Origin: an uncultured Candidatus Saccharibacteria bacterium
GTDB taxonomy: Bacteria > Patescibacteriota > Minisyncoccia > Phycocordibacterales > WO2-35-19
Direction of reading: 5' to 3'
Length of the DNA stretch: 56,332 nt
NCBI GenBank assembly: GCA_964440955.1
Contig: CAYTTP010000003.1
Location: 1-56,332 of the forward strand
This document shows, in pieces, positions 1 through 9,251 of the stretch. The notes beneath the pieces were generated by a model. It saw nothing but the letters and a program-made list of their open reading frames with translations. It was not told the origin of the DNA and ran no database searches. Within the stretch, counting starts at the first letter, position 1. The number at the start of each line of letters is the position of its first letter. A program made the position numbers and the translations under genes.

Positions 1-32
1 TAAACTTCTTCTAATTATAGTTCACATGGTGT

Positions 33-161
33 CTAGAGAAAGGGGTCCACTTCAATTTGTCCCACAACACCTTTGTCGGTAAAACCGTCCAGAAGGAACC
101 GGTCGAGCAATGCAACTCGTTGTATTTCGCTTACTTCAACTTTTATCTCTGTTTCGTACAT
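33..161 (-). CDS. small hypothetical protein (42 aa)
   Basis: Minus-strand ORF MYETEIKVEVSEIQRVALLDRFLLDGFTDKGVVGQIEVDPFL with GGAGG 5 nt upstream of its ATG; below the ORF-track size cutoff. Confidence 0.3.
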   Translation of the reverse strand: MYETEIKVEVSEIQRVALLDRFLLDGFTDKGVVGQIEVDPFL

Positions 162-282
162 AGTGCCTCCATTGTTAAATTACATTTATTTTACAAAAAA
201 ACAAGGGCCGACGATAGCTCCCTTACTTTTTCTATCCTTCTCGGGCGCTGTTATTGCAACACGAATAACAGCTAACTGTCAA

Positions 283-357
283 TGGTGACCCTACGGGGAG
301 TCGAACCCCGCTTTTCGCCTTGAAAAGGCGACGTCCTAACCGATAGACGATAGGGCC
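283..357 (-). tRNA. tRNA-Glu (anticodon TTC), CCA encoded
   Basis: Reverse complement folds as a cloverleaf: acceptor ggcccta/tagggtc, anticodon stem tcgcc/ggcga, loop ttttcaa, T-arm cgggg-ttcgact-ccccg, 3' CCA. Confidence 0.85.
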
Positions 358-415
358 TTTAAATAGAAGCTAGAATCTGGAAGCCAGAATCTAGACAGGA
401 AAATAGTAACATTTT

Positions 416-443
416 TTGCTAAAAACACAAAATTCACTATAAT
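416..443 (+). promoter_or_regulatory. sigma70-like promoter (TTGCTA - 16 nt - TATAAT) upstream of the tRNA-Ser locus
   Basis: TTGCTA and TATAAT hexamers with a 16-nt spacer read directly. Confidence 0.45.
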
Positions 444-453
444 GCCATAATAA

Positions 454-586
454 GCGATATATACGGAAGTGTGGCTGAGTGGATGAAAAGCAAACTGCTT
501 TGCTTTTCATCCGGAGCAAAGCGTAGGTGGCAAATATGAAGCCACTGTTCGCAAAGCGACTTCCGTTTGAGCATCGCGATATATAC
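454..586 (+). repeat. duplicated 5' leader plus 5' part of tRNA-Ser, flanking an ~90-bp hairpin-containing insert
   Basis: 29-bp direct repeat gcgatatatacggaagtgtggctgagtgg at 454-482 and 576-604. The insert contains the hairpin atgaaaagcaaaCTGCtttgcttttcat and words shared with the tRNA-associated repeat family (ccggagcaaagcgtagg). Confidence 0.55.
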
Positions 587-673
587 GGAAGTGTGGCTGA
601 GTGGTTGAAGGCACCGGTTTCGAAAACCGGCATGCTCGAAAGGGCATCAGAGGTTCAAATCCTCTCACTTCCG
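587..673 (+). tRNA. tRNA-Ser (anticodon CGA)
   Basis: Acceptor ggaagtg/cacttcc, anticodon arm ccggt-ttcgaaa-accgg, long variable arm, T-arm agagg-ttcaaat-cctct, discriminator G; no encoded CCA. Confidence 0.85.
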
Positions 674-850
674 CAAAACAAGGAACAAAATGAGTAGCAT
701 TTTGCGACTATGTTTTTGCGAGAAAAGGAGAGATTTGAAGACCTTTTGAGCTAAAATTAATTTTAAGAAAATTTTAGCCAAAAGGTGTACTGAAACTGTA
801 AGTTTCAAATCCTCTCACTTCCGCAAAACAAGGAACAAAATGAGTAGCAT
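652..850 (+). repeat. 49-bp direct repeat (652-700 and 802-850) covering the tRNA-Ser 3' end through the ATG of the downstream gene, flanking a 101-bp insert
   Basis: ggttcaaatcctctcacttccgcaaaacaaggaacaaaatgagtagcat repeated with one mismatch. The insert carries the perfect hairpin gctaaaatt...aattttagc. Confidence 0.7.
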
Positions 851-1262
851 GTACCCCAAAACCTCCAAAAAACAAAAAATAAAAAAGATGGATACTCCGG
901 TTGGTCCGAAGGACAGTGCCGAAGTCATTTTCTTTGAAGATGCAAAAATTTTTCGTCTCTGGCTCTCGAAAAATGTCGAAAGAGAGGAGGGGATATGGGT
1001 CAGGTTTTTTAAAAAATCTTCTGGCAAGAAAACACTTACATACAAAGAAGCACTTGATGAAGCACTTTGTTTTGGTTGGATAGATAGTTTGTTGCGACGC
1101 TTTGATGACGAATCGTATATTCAAAAATTCACCCCTCGTCGAAAAAAGAGTATGTGGTCACAAGTAAACAAGGGTAAAGTTGCCGAGCTTATAAAAAAGA
1201 AGCGGATGACCAAGCATGGACTTTTTGAAATAGAGCGAGCAAAAAAAGATGGTCGGTGGTGA
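840..1262 (+). CDS. YdeI/OmpD-associated (bacteriocin-protection-like) family protein
   Basis: Motifs WL..N...EGIWVRF.KKSSGKK.LTY.EALDEALCFGWIDS...FDDESY.QKFTPRRKKS.WS typical of the YdeI/OmdA family; AAGGAA ribosome-binding site. Confidence 0.5.
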   Translation: MSSMYPKTSKKQKIKKMDTPVGPKDSAEVIFFEDAKIFRLWLSKNVEREEGIWVRFFKKSSGKKTLTYKEALDEALCFGWIDSLLRRFDDESYIQKFTPRRKKSMWSQVNKGKVAELIKKKRMTKHGLFEIERAKKDGRW

Positions 1263-1327
1263 CAAAAAAATTTCTTAAATTGGTAATTTAAGAATGATTT
1301 AGCTTGTGATAATATCAAAAAATAAAG

Positions 1328-1398
1328 GGGCCCATAGTTAAGTGGTATAACGCATCCATGGCATGGATGAGGCCGGAGTCCGATTCTCCGTGGGTCCA
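1328..1398 (+). tRNA. tRNA-Ala (anticodon GGC)
   Basis: Acceptor gggccca/tgggtcc with the G3:U70 alanine identity pair, anticodon arm catcc-atggcat-ggatg, T-arm cggag-tccgatt-ctccg. Confidence 0.8.
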
Positions 1399-1545
1399 CA
1401 AGCGTGAAGAAAATCTAAACTGCTTTAGATTTTTAGCTTGTGGAAGGCGCAGTGATGTTTTTGTTTGAGCGAAGCGAAAGGCAAAAACCACGAGCCGGGG
1501 TCGCGAGATTTTTCTGTCAAGAAAAATACTTGTGACCACAAGCGT
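1399..1545 (+). repeat. tRNA-associated repeat unit (family member, Ala locus)
   Basis: Begins agcgtgaagaaaatctaaaCTGCtttagatttttagcttgt (identical 42-mer also at 18239-18280). Contains gagcgaagcgaaag, ccggggtcgcgag, hairpin atttttct-gtca-agaaaaat, and ends acttgtgacc followed by a short copy of the tRNA 3' tail (ccacaagcgt). Confidence 0.6.
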
Positions 1546-1598
1546 AAGAGTGCAAGCGCTTCATTTTGAATTTGGACAAAATATGTTAGAATAGCGGA

Positions 1599-2222
1599 AT
1601 GATAATTTCATACCACGGCGCACAAGCTTGTAAAGTCCAGTTTGGTGATACGACTATCGCTTTTGACCCTATTTCTAAGGAGTCAAAAATAAAGGCGGTA
1701 AGTTTTGGGGCTGACATCACTCTTATTTCCGTGAATCACCCTGATATGAATGGGGTAGAGCAAACAAGCCGTGGCGAAAAGAAAAGTTTTGTCGTTGGTG
1801 GTCCAGGAGAGTATGAAGTGCAGGGAGTTTTTATCAAGGGTTTGCCAAGTACCTCGACTTATGGAGGTGAAGAGATGATAAACACCATCTACACAGTGAG
1901 TTTGGAAAATATGAATATTTGTTTTTTGGGAGCGCTTGGGGATGCTGCTCTAAAAAGGGAAACTCTAGAACAACTCGAACAAATAGATATCCTATTTGTT
2001 CCAATAGGAGGAGAGGGTGTTTTAAATCCGGCCGAAGCTTATAAGCTTGCAGTATCGCTCGAGCCTTCAATCATTATCCCTATAAACTATGACGCGAAGA
2101 CTCTTGCACAATTTTTGAAAGAAGCTGGACAATCGACTGAGACTCTCGACAAACTCACTATTAAGAAAAAGGATTTGGAAGGAAAGGAAGGTGAAGTGGT
2201 AGTGCTTGACTCGTCCCGTTAG
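1599..2222 (+). CDS. MBL-fold metal-dependent hydrolase
   Basis: 207-aa ORF matching the metallo-beta-lactamase superfamily (UPF0173-like): ISYHGAQACKVQF, ...LISVNHPDMNGVE, ...ILFVPIGGEG. Confidence 0.55.
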   Translation: MIISYHGAQACKVQFGDTTIAFDPISKESKIKAVSFGADITLISVNHPDMNGVEQTSRGEKKSFVVGGPGEYEVQGVFIKGLPSTSTYGGEEMINTIYTVSLENMNICFLGALGDAALKRETLEQLEQIDILFVPIGGEGVLNPAEAYKLAVSLEPSIIIPINYDAKTLAQFLKEAGQSTETLDKLTIKKKDLEGKEGEVVVLDSSR

Positions 2223-2244
2223 AGTTTTTGTTATAATAATTTGC

Positions 2245-2610
2245 ATGATCTTACAAAAGTACAACGCGATAATGACTCGCGAAAAAGAGTATCGCAATAA
2301 GTGGGCACTCGCGCTCACCGCTCTCACTTTTGTTTTGGTGCTTGCCGCCTTTGGTTTTTATAAGGGCTTCCTACCACTTGGTGGAGGTGCCGCCGCGCTC
2401 ACTTCAAGCCAAAAAGCAGCCGAAGAAGAAGCAGAGCGGGAGATGATAGCCAAAAATACTCAAAAAATGCCCTCACCTCTCCAAAATAGTGTTCAAACTA
2501 TCTCGACTGCCGCCTCCGAAATGAAAACTGTTTATGACTCTTTTGTCGGTAGCCTCTCCTCGGTGCTCGTGCCGTTTATTTCGAGTATCGATGTTTATAA
2601 TAAGGAATAG
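2245..2610 (+). CDS. hypothetical membrane protein
   Basis: ORF with one transmembrane helix (WALALTALTFVLVLAAFGFY); start codon uncertain (ATG at 2245 or 2272; ORF track begins at TTG 2206). Confidence 0.35.
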   Translation: MILQKYNAIMTREKEYRNKWALALTALTFVLVLAAFGFYKGFLPLGGGAAALTSSQKAAEEEAEREMIAKNTQKMPSPLQNSVQTISTAASEMKTVYDSFVGSLSSVLVPFISSIDVYNKE

Positions 2611-2663
2611 GTTGAAGCCAGGCTCTATTTTTGCTATACTTATAGACACAAATAACCTCATAT

Positions 2664-5129
2664 ATGGCTAAAAAACCGAGCAAAACCGAAGTGGAGGAAG
2701 TGGCACATGTAAGTGTTGTCCCACGTTCGATCGTGACCGAAATGAAAGAGTCGTTTATCGACTACGCGATGTCGGTCATCACTGACCGTGCCTTACCCGA
2801 CGTGCGCGACGGGCTAAAGCCAGTACATCGTCGCATCCTCTATGCAATGAACACTATGGGTCTCACCGCAAACGCCAAAACTCGAAAGTCGGCGACTGTG
2901 GTGGGAGAAGTGCTTGGTAACTATCACCCACACGGCGATCAGGCCGCTTATGACGCGATGGTCAAAATGGCCCAAGATTTTGGCCATCGTTACCCGCTTA
3001 TCGTCGGTCAAGGAAACTTTGGCTCGGTCGACGGCGATAGTCCTGCGGCAATGCGTTATACCGAAGCTAAAATGAGCAAGGTCGCAGGCGAGCTTTTGCG
3101 CGACATCCAAAAGGAAACTGTCGATTGGGTACCAAACTACGACTCAACCAAAAAAGAGCCAAAAGTATTGCCGGCCGCTGTGCCAAATATTTTACTAAAC
3201 GGTACTTTGGGTATTGCCGTTGGTATGGCGACCAATATTCCTCCACACAACTTGCGAGAGGTTATCGACGCAACTTCATACCTTATTGACAACAAAGACG
3301 CGACCACTGAAGACTTACTCCAATTTGTCCAGGGGCCGGACTTCCCACTTGGTGGCATCATTTTCAATAGCAAAGACATTCATCATGCTTATGCGACTGG
3401 TCGCGGCGGCATCGTCGCTCGCGGTGTGGCAGAGATAGTCGAAGACAAAAATATTTCTCAAATTGTTATTACTTCCATTCCGTTTCGCGTCAACAAATCA
3501 GCTCTTATTGAAAAGATCGCTGAGCTCGTGCGTGACAAAAAAATCGACGGCATCAAAGGTTTGCGTGACGAGTCGACCAAGGACATCAGAGTGGTGATTG
3601 ATCTCAAAAATGGCAGCCATCCTCAAAAGGTCTTAAACTTTTTATACAAGCACACTCAACTCGAAGAAACTTTTCACGTCAACTTGGTCGCTTTGGTTGA
3701 CGGCGTACCCCAAACACTCTCGCTTAAAGGTATTCTTGAAGAGTTTGTGAAGCATCGCCAAGTGGTGATCCGTCGCAGGACCGAATTTGACTTGCGTGAA
3801 GCCGAAGCACGCGAGCATATACTGCTTGGTCTCAAAAAGGCACTCGATCATATCGATGAAATAGTGAAGCTCATCAAAAAAAGCAAGGATGTCGATACAG
3901 CGAGAGCAAACCTCATGAAGGAGTTTAAGTTTTCCGAAATTCAGGCAAACGCTATTCTTGAGATGCGTCTCCAAAAGCTTGCTAGCCTTGAGCGTCAAAA
4001 AATAGAGGACGAATTGAAGGCTATCCAAACACTTATCAAAGAGCTTCGCGATATTTTGGCCAATCCAAAAAAGATTTTGACCATCATCAAAAAAGAGCTT
4101 TCCGAAATAAGTGAAAAGTATGGCGATGATCGTCGCACCAAGGTAGTCAAAGGTGGAGTCAAAATATTGACCGTCGAAGATTTGGTGGCTGATGAAGAAA
4201 ACACACTTATCCTCACTGCTGGTGGCTATGTGAAGCGTACTCACCCCGACGAATACAAAAAACAAAAACGCGGTGGGGTCGGCGTAGTTGACCTTGATAC
4301 CAAAGAGGAAGATTTTGTCACCCATTTTCTCACCGCTTCAACTCATTCGGACATACTATTTTTCACTGACCGTGGTAAGGCATACCAACTCAAGATGCAC
4401 GAACTTCCAGAAGGCAAGCGAGCCACTCGTGGCAAATCGATAATGAACTTCCTATCACTCTCTGAAGGTGAGCGAGTGACTTCTATTCTCCAAGTTTCAA
4501 AAGACTCAAAAGCAAATAAAGATTTGTCGCTCATCATGGTGACAGCTGATGGCACTGGCAAAAAAGTCTCGGCGGCAAGCTTCGCGGATGTGCGGGCAAG
4601 TGGTATCATTGCAATCAAACTCGAAACTGGCGATAGATTGGTGTCTGTTTCCCAGGTTTCAAAGAGTGACTCCTGTGTTATCGTCACGGCGCAAGGCCAA
4701 TCGATCCGCTTCAAAGAGTCTGATGTTCGAGAAATGGGTCGTACAGCGATAGGGGTACGGGTCATCAAACTCGACAAGGGCGACCGCGTTGTCGGAGCCC
4801 ACTCACTTTCCAAAGAAAATGAAAAGTCGGCGACCCTCCTTACTATGGGAGCAAATGGTTATGGTAAGCAAACTCCGATTTCTGAATACAAGATCCAGGG
4901 CAGAGGTGGCTCCGGTATCAAAACAAGCAATGTCACGAGCAAAACTGGTGAGATCATTGCTTCCACTATCATCAAGGGTGACGAGGAGGAAGCAGTCGCA
5001 ATGTCCAAAAAGAGCCAAGTCATTCGACTCGCTTTAAACGAAATACCGACTCTCGGTCGTTCGACTCAGGGGGTGCGTATCATGCGTATGCGTGAGGGGG
5101 ACAGTATTGCGTCGTTTATTTGTCTTTAG
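2664..5129 (+). CDS. gyrA: DNA gyrase subunit A
   Basis: 821 aa with canonical GyrA N-terminus [30 protein letters not shown] and the active-site region [10 protein letters not shown]. Confidence 0.95.
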   Translation: MAKKPSKTEVEEVAHVSVVPRSIVTEMKESFIDYAMSVITDRALPDVRDGLKPVHRRILYAMNTMGLTANAKTRKSATVVGEVLGNYHPHGDQAAYDAMVKMAQDFGHRYPLIVGQGNFGSVDGDSPAAMRYTEAKMSKVAGELLRDIQKETVDWVPNYDSTKKEPKVLPAAVPNILLNGTLGIAVGMATNIPPHNLREVIDATSYLIDNKDATTEDLLQFVQGPDFPLGGIIFNSKDIHHAYATGRGGIVARGVAEIVEDKNISQIVITSIPFRVNKSALIEKIAELVRDKKIDGIKGLRDESTKDIRVVIDLKNGSHPQKVLNFLYKHTQLEETFHVNLVALVDGVPQTLSLKGILEEFVKHRQVVIRRRTEFDLREAEAREHILLGLKKALDHIDEIVKLIKKSKDVDTARANLMKEFKFSEIQANAILEMRLQKLASLERQKIEDELKAIQTLIKELRDILANPKKILTIIKKELSEISEKYGDDRRTKVVKGGVKILTVEDLVADEENTLILTAGGYVKRTHPDEYKKQKRGGVGVVDLDTKEEDFVTHFLTASTHSDILFFTDRGKAYQLKMHELPEGKRATRGKSIMNFLSLSEGERVTSILQVSKDSKANKDLSLIMVTADGTGKKVSAASFADVRASGIIAIKLETGDRLVSVSQVSKSDSCVIVTAQGQSIRFKESDVREMGRTAIGVRVIKLDKGDRVVGAHSLSKENEKSATLLTMGANGYGKQTPISEYKIQGRGGSGIKTSNVTSKTGEIIASTIIKGDEEEAVAMSKKSQVIRLALNEIPTLGRSTQGVRIMRMREGDSIASFICL

Positions 5130-5223
5130 GTATCACCCCCCTCCCCTCTTATAATTAAGAGGGGAGCCAAACCATCCCCAGCTTCTGATGCGATTTGTCT
5201 CTATATTTTCTATAATATAAAAC

Positions 5224-6507
5224 ATGACCAAATTTCAGGTTTTTCTTTTTGGGACTTTCCTGGTTTTTATAGTTGTTGGGGTTTTCATATTTTCAAACTA
5301 TAGAGGTGACTCTGAAGGTTCGGTGCCGGTCGTCGTTTGGGGTACTCTACCTACCAACACTTTTCAGTCGGCTGTCCAGGTGTCGGGTTTATATCAAAAC
5401 GAAAGTTACTCGGTGACCTATGTCGAAAAAAGTGAGGACTCTATCGATGCTGATTTTATTGAAGCGCTTGCTTCTGGCAGTGGTCCCGACCTATTTTTGC
5501 TTCCATCAAACAAAATAATCCTCCATCGCAACAAAATTTATGCCTTGCCTTACGACTTAATCACCGAACGTGATTTTAAGGATTATTTTATCGAAGGTAG
5601 TGAAATATACATGACGCCCGAAGGTGTGGTCGGCTTGCCGCTTTTGGTCGACCCGCTTGTCATGTATTGGAATAGGGATATTTTCACCGATGTCGGCCTA
5701 GTCGCCACACCAAAATATTGGGACGAATTTTTTGATCTTGCGGCTAAGATTTCAGTCAAGGATGGAGCTCTCAATGTTTCAAGGAGCGCAGTCGCTTTTG
5801 GCGAGTATGCAAACATTGCAAACGCCAAAGACATAGTGTTAAACCTTGCCCTTCAAGCTGGGACACCTATCACTATTTGGGAAAATGGCAAGGTAAGGAG
5901 TGTCTTTGCGGAGTCTTTGGGCAAGCCGACGGTCCCAGGGGACGCGGCGGTCAATTTTTATACCGAATTTAGCAACCCATCAAAAGCTTCGTACTCGTGG
6001 AATCGCGCCCTCCCCAACTCGACCAATTTTTTTCTAGCTGGTGACTTGGCTCTATATTTTGGCTTTGCAAGTGAAATCGGAACTTTGCAGCTCAAAAATC
6101 CAAACCTCAATTTTGATGTCGCAAGTACTCCTCTTTCGCGTGAAGGCGGGGTCAATGTTTCGCTCGGCAACTATCTTGGAGTGTCTGTGGTTAAAGCTTC
6201 AAAAAATCCAGCAGCTGCTTACGCTGTTGCCTCCATATTGGCTGGTACCGATAGTGTGAAAGCTCTCTCTCAAGCTCTTGATTTGCCACCGGCAAGGCGC
6301 GATTTGCTAAGTGAGAGGCAAGTAAGCGCACATCGTAGTGTGTTTTATACAAGTGCCATCCGCTCACGCAGCTGGCTTGACCCTTCACCCAAGGTTTCAA
6401 ATACTATTTTTAAAGACATGATAGAATCAATCACGAGCGGTCGAGCTCGGGCGGGGGAGGCAGTGACCCGCGTAGAGCGTGAATTAAATGCCTTGTTCAA
6501 CAAATAA
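5224..6507 (+). CDS. extracellular solute-binding protein (ABC-type, family 1-like)
   Basis: N-terminal transmembrane/signal segment followed by a periplasmic-binding-protein-like sequence (VVVWGTLP..., GSGPDLFLLPSNKI...). Confidence 0.45.
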   Translation: MTKFQVFLFGTFLVFIVVGVFIFSNYRGDSEGSVPVVVWGTLPTNTFQSAVQVSGLYQNESYSVTYVEKSEDSIDADFIEALASGSGPDLFLLPSNKIILHRNKIYALPYDLITERDFKDYFIEGSEIYMTPEGVVGLPLLVDPLVMYWNRDIFTDVGLVATPKYWDEFFDLAAKISVKDGALNVSRSAVAFGEYANIANAKDIVLNLALQAGTPITIWENGKVRSVFAESLGKPTVPGDAAVNFYTEFSNPSKASYSWNRALPNSTNFFLAGDLALYFGFASEIGTLQLKNPNLNFDVASTPLSREGGVNVSLGNYLGVSVVKASKNPAAAYAVASILAGTDSVKALSQALDLPPARRDLLSERQVSAHRSVFYTSAIRSRSWLDPSPKVSNTIFKDMIESITSGRARAGEAVTRVERELNALFNK

Positions 6508-6514
6508 AAAATAA

Positions 6515-6952
6515 ATGAATCGTCAAAATTTTAAAAAAGTTTTCACTATTGTTTTGGTACTTGCTCTTGTGGCGAGCGTCATCCTACCTCTCTTCACTTC
6601 GGCTCAAACCACTGATGATTCTAATCCACTCGTCCCTTGCGGTGGTCCTGGCCAAAAAGCTTGTGGCTATTACGACTTGTTGCGACTTGTGAACAATCTC
6701 ATTGATTGGGTGATCAAAATATCCATCCCTATTTCGGCCGGCATTTTTGCTTGGGCAGGTATTCAATATATGATGACGGGTGTTATGGACAAAAAAGCTC
6801 AAGCCAAAAAAATGCTAATGAATACCTTTTGGGGTTTTGTTTTTATTCTCTCTGCTTGGATTATAGTGTCGCTTGTGATAAATACCTTGCTCAATCCGGA
6901 GTATCGGGCTGATGTTGATGATACAATAAATCTAACCAAACCAACCAACTAA
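6515..6952 (+). CDS. TrbC/VirB2-like pilin family protein (paralog 1 of 8)
   Basis: Signal peptide, Cys pair, two hydrophobic helices AGIFAWAGIQYM...FWGFVFILSAWIIVSLV separated by a charged loop; same architecture as the downstream paralogs. Confidence 0.45.
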   Translation: MNRQNFKKVFTIVLVLALVASVILPLFTSAQTTDDSNPLVPCGGPGQKACGYYDLLRLVNNLIDWVIKISIPISAGIFAWAGIQYMMTGVMDKKAQAKKMLMNTFWGFVFILSAWIIVSLVINTLLNPEYRADVDDTINLTKPTN

Positions 6953-6954
6953 CC

Positions 6955-7371
6955 ATGAAAACATTTTTTAAAAAATATTTTTTTGTTTCGCTGATTACTT
7001 GTATTCTATCTTTGTCCTTTTTACCAAGCAGTTTATACTCTCAAGATGGTGGCAATCCTGGTGCTGGGGGTGGTAATCCGGGAGGTGGTTCCTCTTACCC
7101 AATCAAAATAGCAAACCCATTTAAACAAAGCAGTATCACCGACCTTATCACTATAATCATCAAAGAAATATTGATGCCAATAGGGGCAGTGATTGCGGTA
7201 CTTATGATCATGTATGCTGGTTTTATGTATGTTACTGCTCAAGGCAATTCAACTAAAATCACCGAAGCCACTAAAGCTCTCAAATATGCCGTCATCGGCT
7301 CAGCCATCCTTATCGGCGCTTGGACTATTTCCGAAGCTATTAGGGCGACTGTCGGTCAATTAAGGGTATAA
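6955..7371 (+). CDS. TrbC/VirB2-like pilin family protein (paralog 2, Gly-rich N-terminal region)
   Basis: Signal peptide, GGNPGAGGGNPGGG low-complexity stretch, two-helix hairpin IGAVIAVLMIMYAGFMYV...AVIGSAILIGAWTI. Confidence 0.45.
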   Translation: MKTFFKKYFFVSLITCILSLSFLPSSLYSQDGGNPGAGGGNPGGGSSYPIKIANPFKQSSITDLITIIIKEILMPIGAVIAVLMIMYAGFMYVTAQGNSTKITEATKALKYAVIGSAILIGAWTISEAIRATVGQLRV

Positions 7372-7387
7372 TTAAAACTCTAACAGG

Positions 7388-7669
7388 ATGAAAAACTTAA
7401 CCGAATTTATAACTTTTTTTACCGATATGGGGCTTAGGCTTGTACCACTATTTGCTGTCCTCGCCTTCATGTATTTTGTGTGGGGAGTAGCACGCTTCAT
7501 CAAAGCGGCGGGCAATGAAAAAGAGGTGGGGGACAGCAAAAAGATACTTATTTGGGGTGTTGTCGGCCTACTCGTGCTTACAAGTATTTGGGGTATTATT
7601 TCCTTTCTCAAAGGTGAGCTAAGATTTGGCGACAATGTTGGTATTCCTCAAATAAAATTTGAAAATTAG
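7388..7669 (+). CDS. TrbC/VirB2-like pilin family protein (paralog 3)
   Basis: FMYFVWGVARFIKAAGNEKE...ILIWGVVGLLVLTSIWGIISFLKG. Confidence 0.5.
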   Translation: MKNLTEFITFFTDMGLRLVPLFAVLAFMYFVWGVARFIKAAGNEKEVGDSKKILIWGVVGLLVLTSIWGIISFLKGELRFGDNVGIPQIKFEN

Positions 7670-7679
7670 ATGAAATAAA

Positions 7680-7949
7680 ATGAATGATTTTATTGATAAA
7701 GGTTATTCGATTATCACCAATACTCTCATCCCGCTTGGGTACTTTGTTTGCCTCTTTTACTTTGCTTGGGGTATTGCAAAGTACATCAAATCGATCGGTG
7801 ACGGCAAGGAGCAGGGCAGGCAAATAATGATTTGGGGAGTAGTTGGCCTTTTTGTAGTTACGAGTATTTGGGGTATTATTGAATTTATAAAGCTCGAAGT
7901 TGGCTTGCCTTTCGATAATTCAGAGCTCGATGCAAAAGTTTATAGGTAA
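7680..7949 (+). CDS. TrbC/VirB2-like pilin family protein (paralog 4)
   Basis: YFAWGIAKYIKSIGDGKEQGRQIMIWGVVGLFVVTSIWGIIEFIK. Confidence 0.5.
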   Translation: MNDFIDKGYSIITNTLIPLGYFVCLFYFAWGIAKYIKSIGDGKEQGRQIMIWGVVGLFVVTSIWGIIEFIKLEVGLPFDNSELDAKVYR

Positions 7950-7961
7950 AAATATAAAAAC

Positions 7962-8318
7962 ATGAAAAATAATTTTAAAAAAATAATTCCGGTTTCCCTC
8001 TTCCTTTTACCAATTTTAACAAGCGCTCAACTTGATGGGACAGACAAATTTTTTGGGAAAGCAAAGTCAATCGTAAGTGATACTTTGGTACCAGGAGCAT
8101 TTTTTGTAGCCCTCGTGTATTTCTTCTACGGTATCGCCAAATACATCAAGTCTGAAGGTGCCGGCAAAGCCGAAGGCAAAATGATCATGGTGTGGGGAGT
8201 GGTCGCTTTGTTTGTTGCTTCGTCAGTTTGGGGTTTGGTCACTCTTTTACAAAAGGAAATAGGGATAAACAGTAACCCTGGCAGTATGAAAATACCAACT
8301 TTAGAAACATATAGATAA
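7962..8318 (+). CDS. TrbC/VirB2-like pilin family protein (paralog 5)
   Basis: Signal peptide; YFFYGIAKYIKSEGAGKAEGKMIMVWGVVALFVASSVWGLVTLLQ. Confidence 0.5.
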   Translation: MKNNFKKIIPVSLFLLPILTSAQLDGTDKFFGKAKSIVSDTLVPGAFFVALVYFFYGIAKYIKSEGAGKAEGKMIMVWGVVALFVASSVWGLVTLLQKEIGINSNPGSMKIPTLETYR

Positions 8319-8323
8319 TATTT

Positions 8324-8620
8324 ATGCTTACAAACACCGAAACTTTTTTGAATCAAGCTATTACTCTTTTGACCAATAGAGTCATACCTATTGTCTTTAT
8401 CCTCGCTACGCTCTACTTCTTTTGGGGCATTGTCAAATACATCAAGTCGGAAGGTGCTGGCAAAGCTGAAGGAAAAGCCATTATGGTGTGGGGAGTAGTA
8501 GCCCTTTTTGTGATGACTAGCGTATGGGGCATCGTTCGCTTGTTGAGAGTTGATTTGCTTAGTGGGCAGGACACCAACAGTATCCAAATCCCAACCGCCA
8601 CTTACGGTACTACTCGCTAA
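8324..8620 (+). CDS. TrbC/VirB2-like pilin family protein (paralog 6)
   Basis: YFFWGIVKYIKSEGAGKAEGKAIMVWGVVALFVMTSVWGIVRLLR; near-identical core to paralog 5. Confidence 0.5.
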   Translation: MLTNTETFLNQAITLLTNRVIPIVFILATLYFFWGIVKYIKSEGAGKAEGKAIMVWGVVALFVMTSVWGIVRLLRVDLLSGQDTNSIQIPTATYGTTR

Positions 8621-8751
8621 CCACTTCCCACCTACTCCCTACTCCCTCTGTGGATTACTTTTTGCTTGCAAAGGCAAAAAATGGTAAAGTAATGGTAAAT
8701 TAAAAATGTTTATTCATTTTAATTATTATTAAAAAGTATTTGCTAAATTAA

Positions 8752-9096
8752 ATGAAAAAAGTATCTATAGCAGTAGCGATGGCTCTTTTGCCACTTTCAA
8801 CCTTTGCCCAACAGCTCGGCAATATCAGCAACTTAGTTGATAGCGCAAGCGGTATAATCAATAAGGTTATACCTATATTGTTTACACTTGCTTTGCTCGG
8901 CTTCTTTTGGGGCTTGGTCAGATTTCTTTTTGGTGGTGCTGAAGACAAGGATCAGGCAAAAAACATTATGATTTGGGGCGTAGTAGCGCTTGCGGTCATG
9001 GCTTCAGTTTGGGGATTGGTCAACTTCCTTGGTTCGGCATTTAACATCAACAAGGATGCCGCTCCTTCTGTAAACCCTCTTATTCCAAAACCTTAG
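8752..9096 (+). CDS. TrbC/VirB2-like pilin family protein (paralog 7)
   Basis: Signal peptide; FFWGLVRFLFGGAEDKDQAKNIMIWGVVALAVMASVWGLVNFLG. Confidence 0.5.
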   Translation: MKKVSIAVAMALLPLSTFAQQLGNISNLVDSASGIINKVIPILFTLALLGFFWGLVRFLFGGAEDKDQAKNIMIWGVVALAVMASVWGLVNFLGSAFNINKDAAPSVNPLIPKP

Positions 9097-9118
9097 TTGG
9101 TCTTTGGTCTACAAAACA

Positions 9119-9150
9119 AAAGAGCCGTATTGTACGGCTCTTTTGTTTTC
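9119..9150 (+). terminator. rho-independent terminator
   Basis: aaagagccgta-ttg-tacggctcttt hairpin followed by a T-run. Confidence 0.6.
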
Positions 9151-9251
9151 CCTTGAATTTTATTACCTAACATTTAGAATTAGAAATATCACCCCTAGCC
9201 CCTCTTACTTTAAGAGGGGAACAACAACTTAATTTTTAATTTTCAATCCTT

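Noticed and set aside
57-288. Plus-strand ORFs 57..275 and 73..288 at the window start
   Set aside because: They overlap the tRNA-Glu gene and a better-supported minus-strand small ORF with a GGAGG ribosome-binding site; no ribosome-binding site or homology.
3642-4325. 227-aa and other minus-strand ORFs inside gyrA, clpB, topA and mur genes
   Set aside because: These are antisense to strongly supported housekeeping genes and show no independent signals; shadow ORFs.
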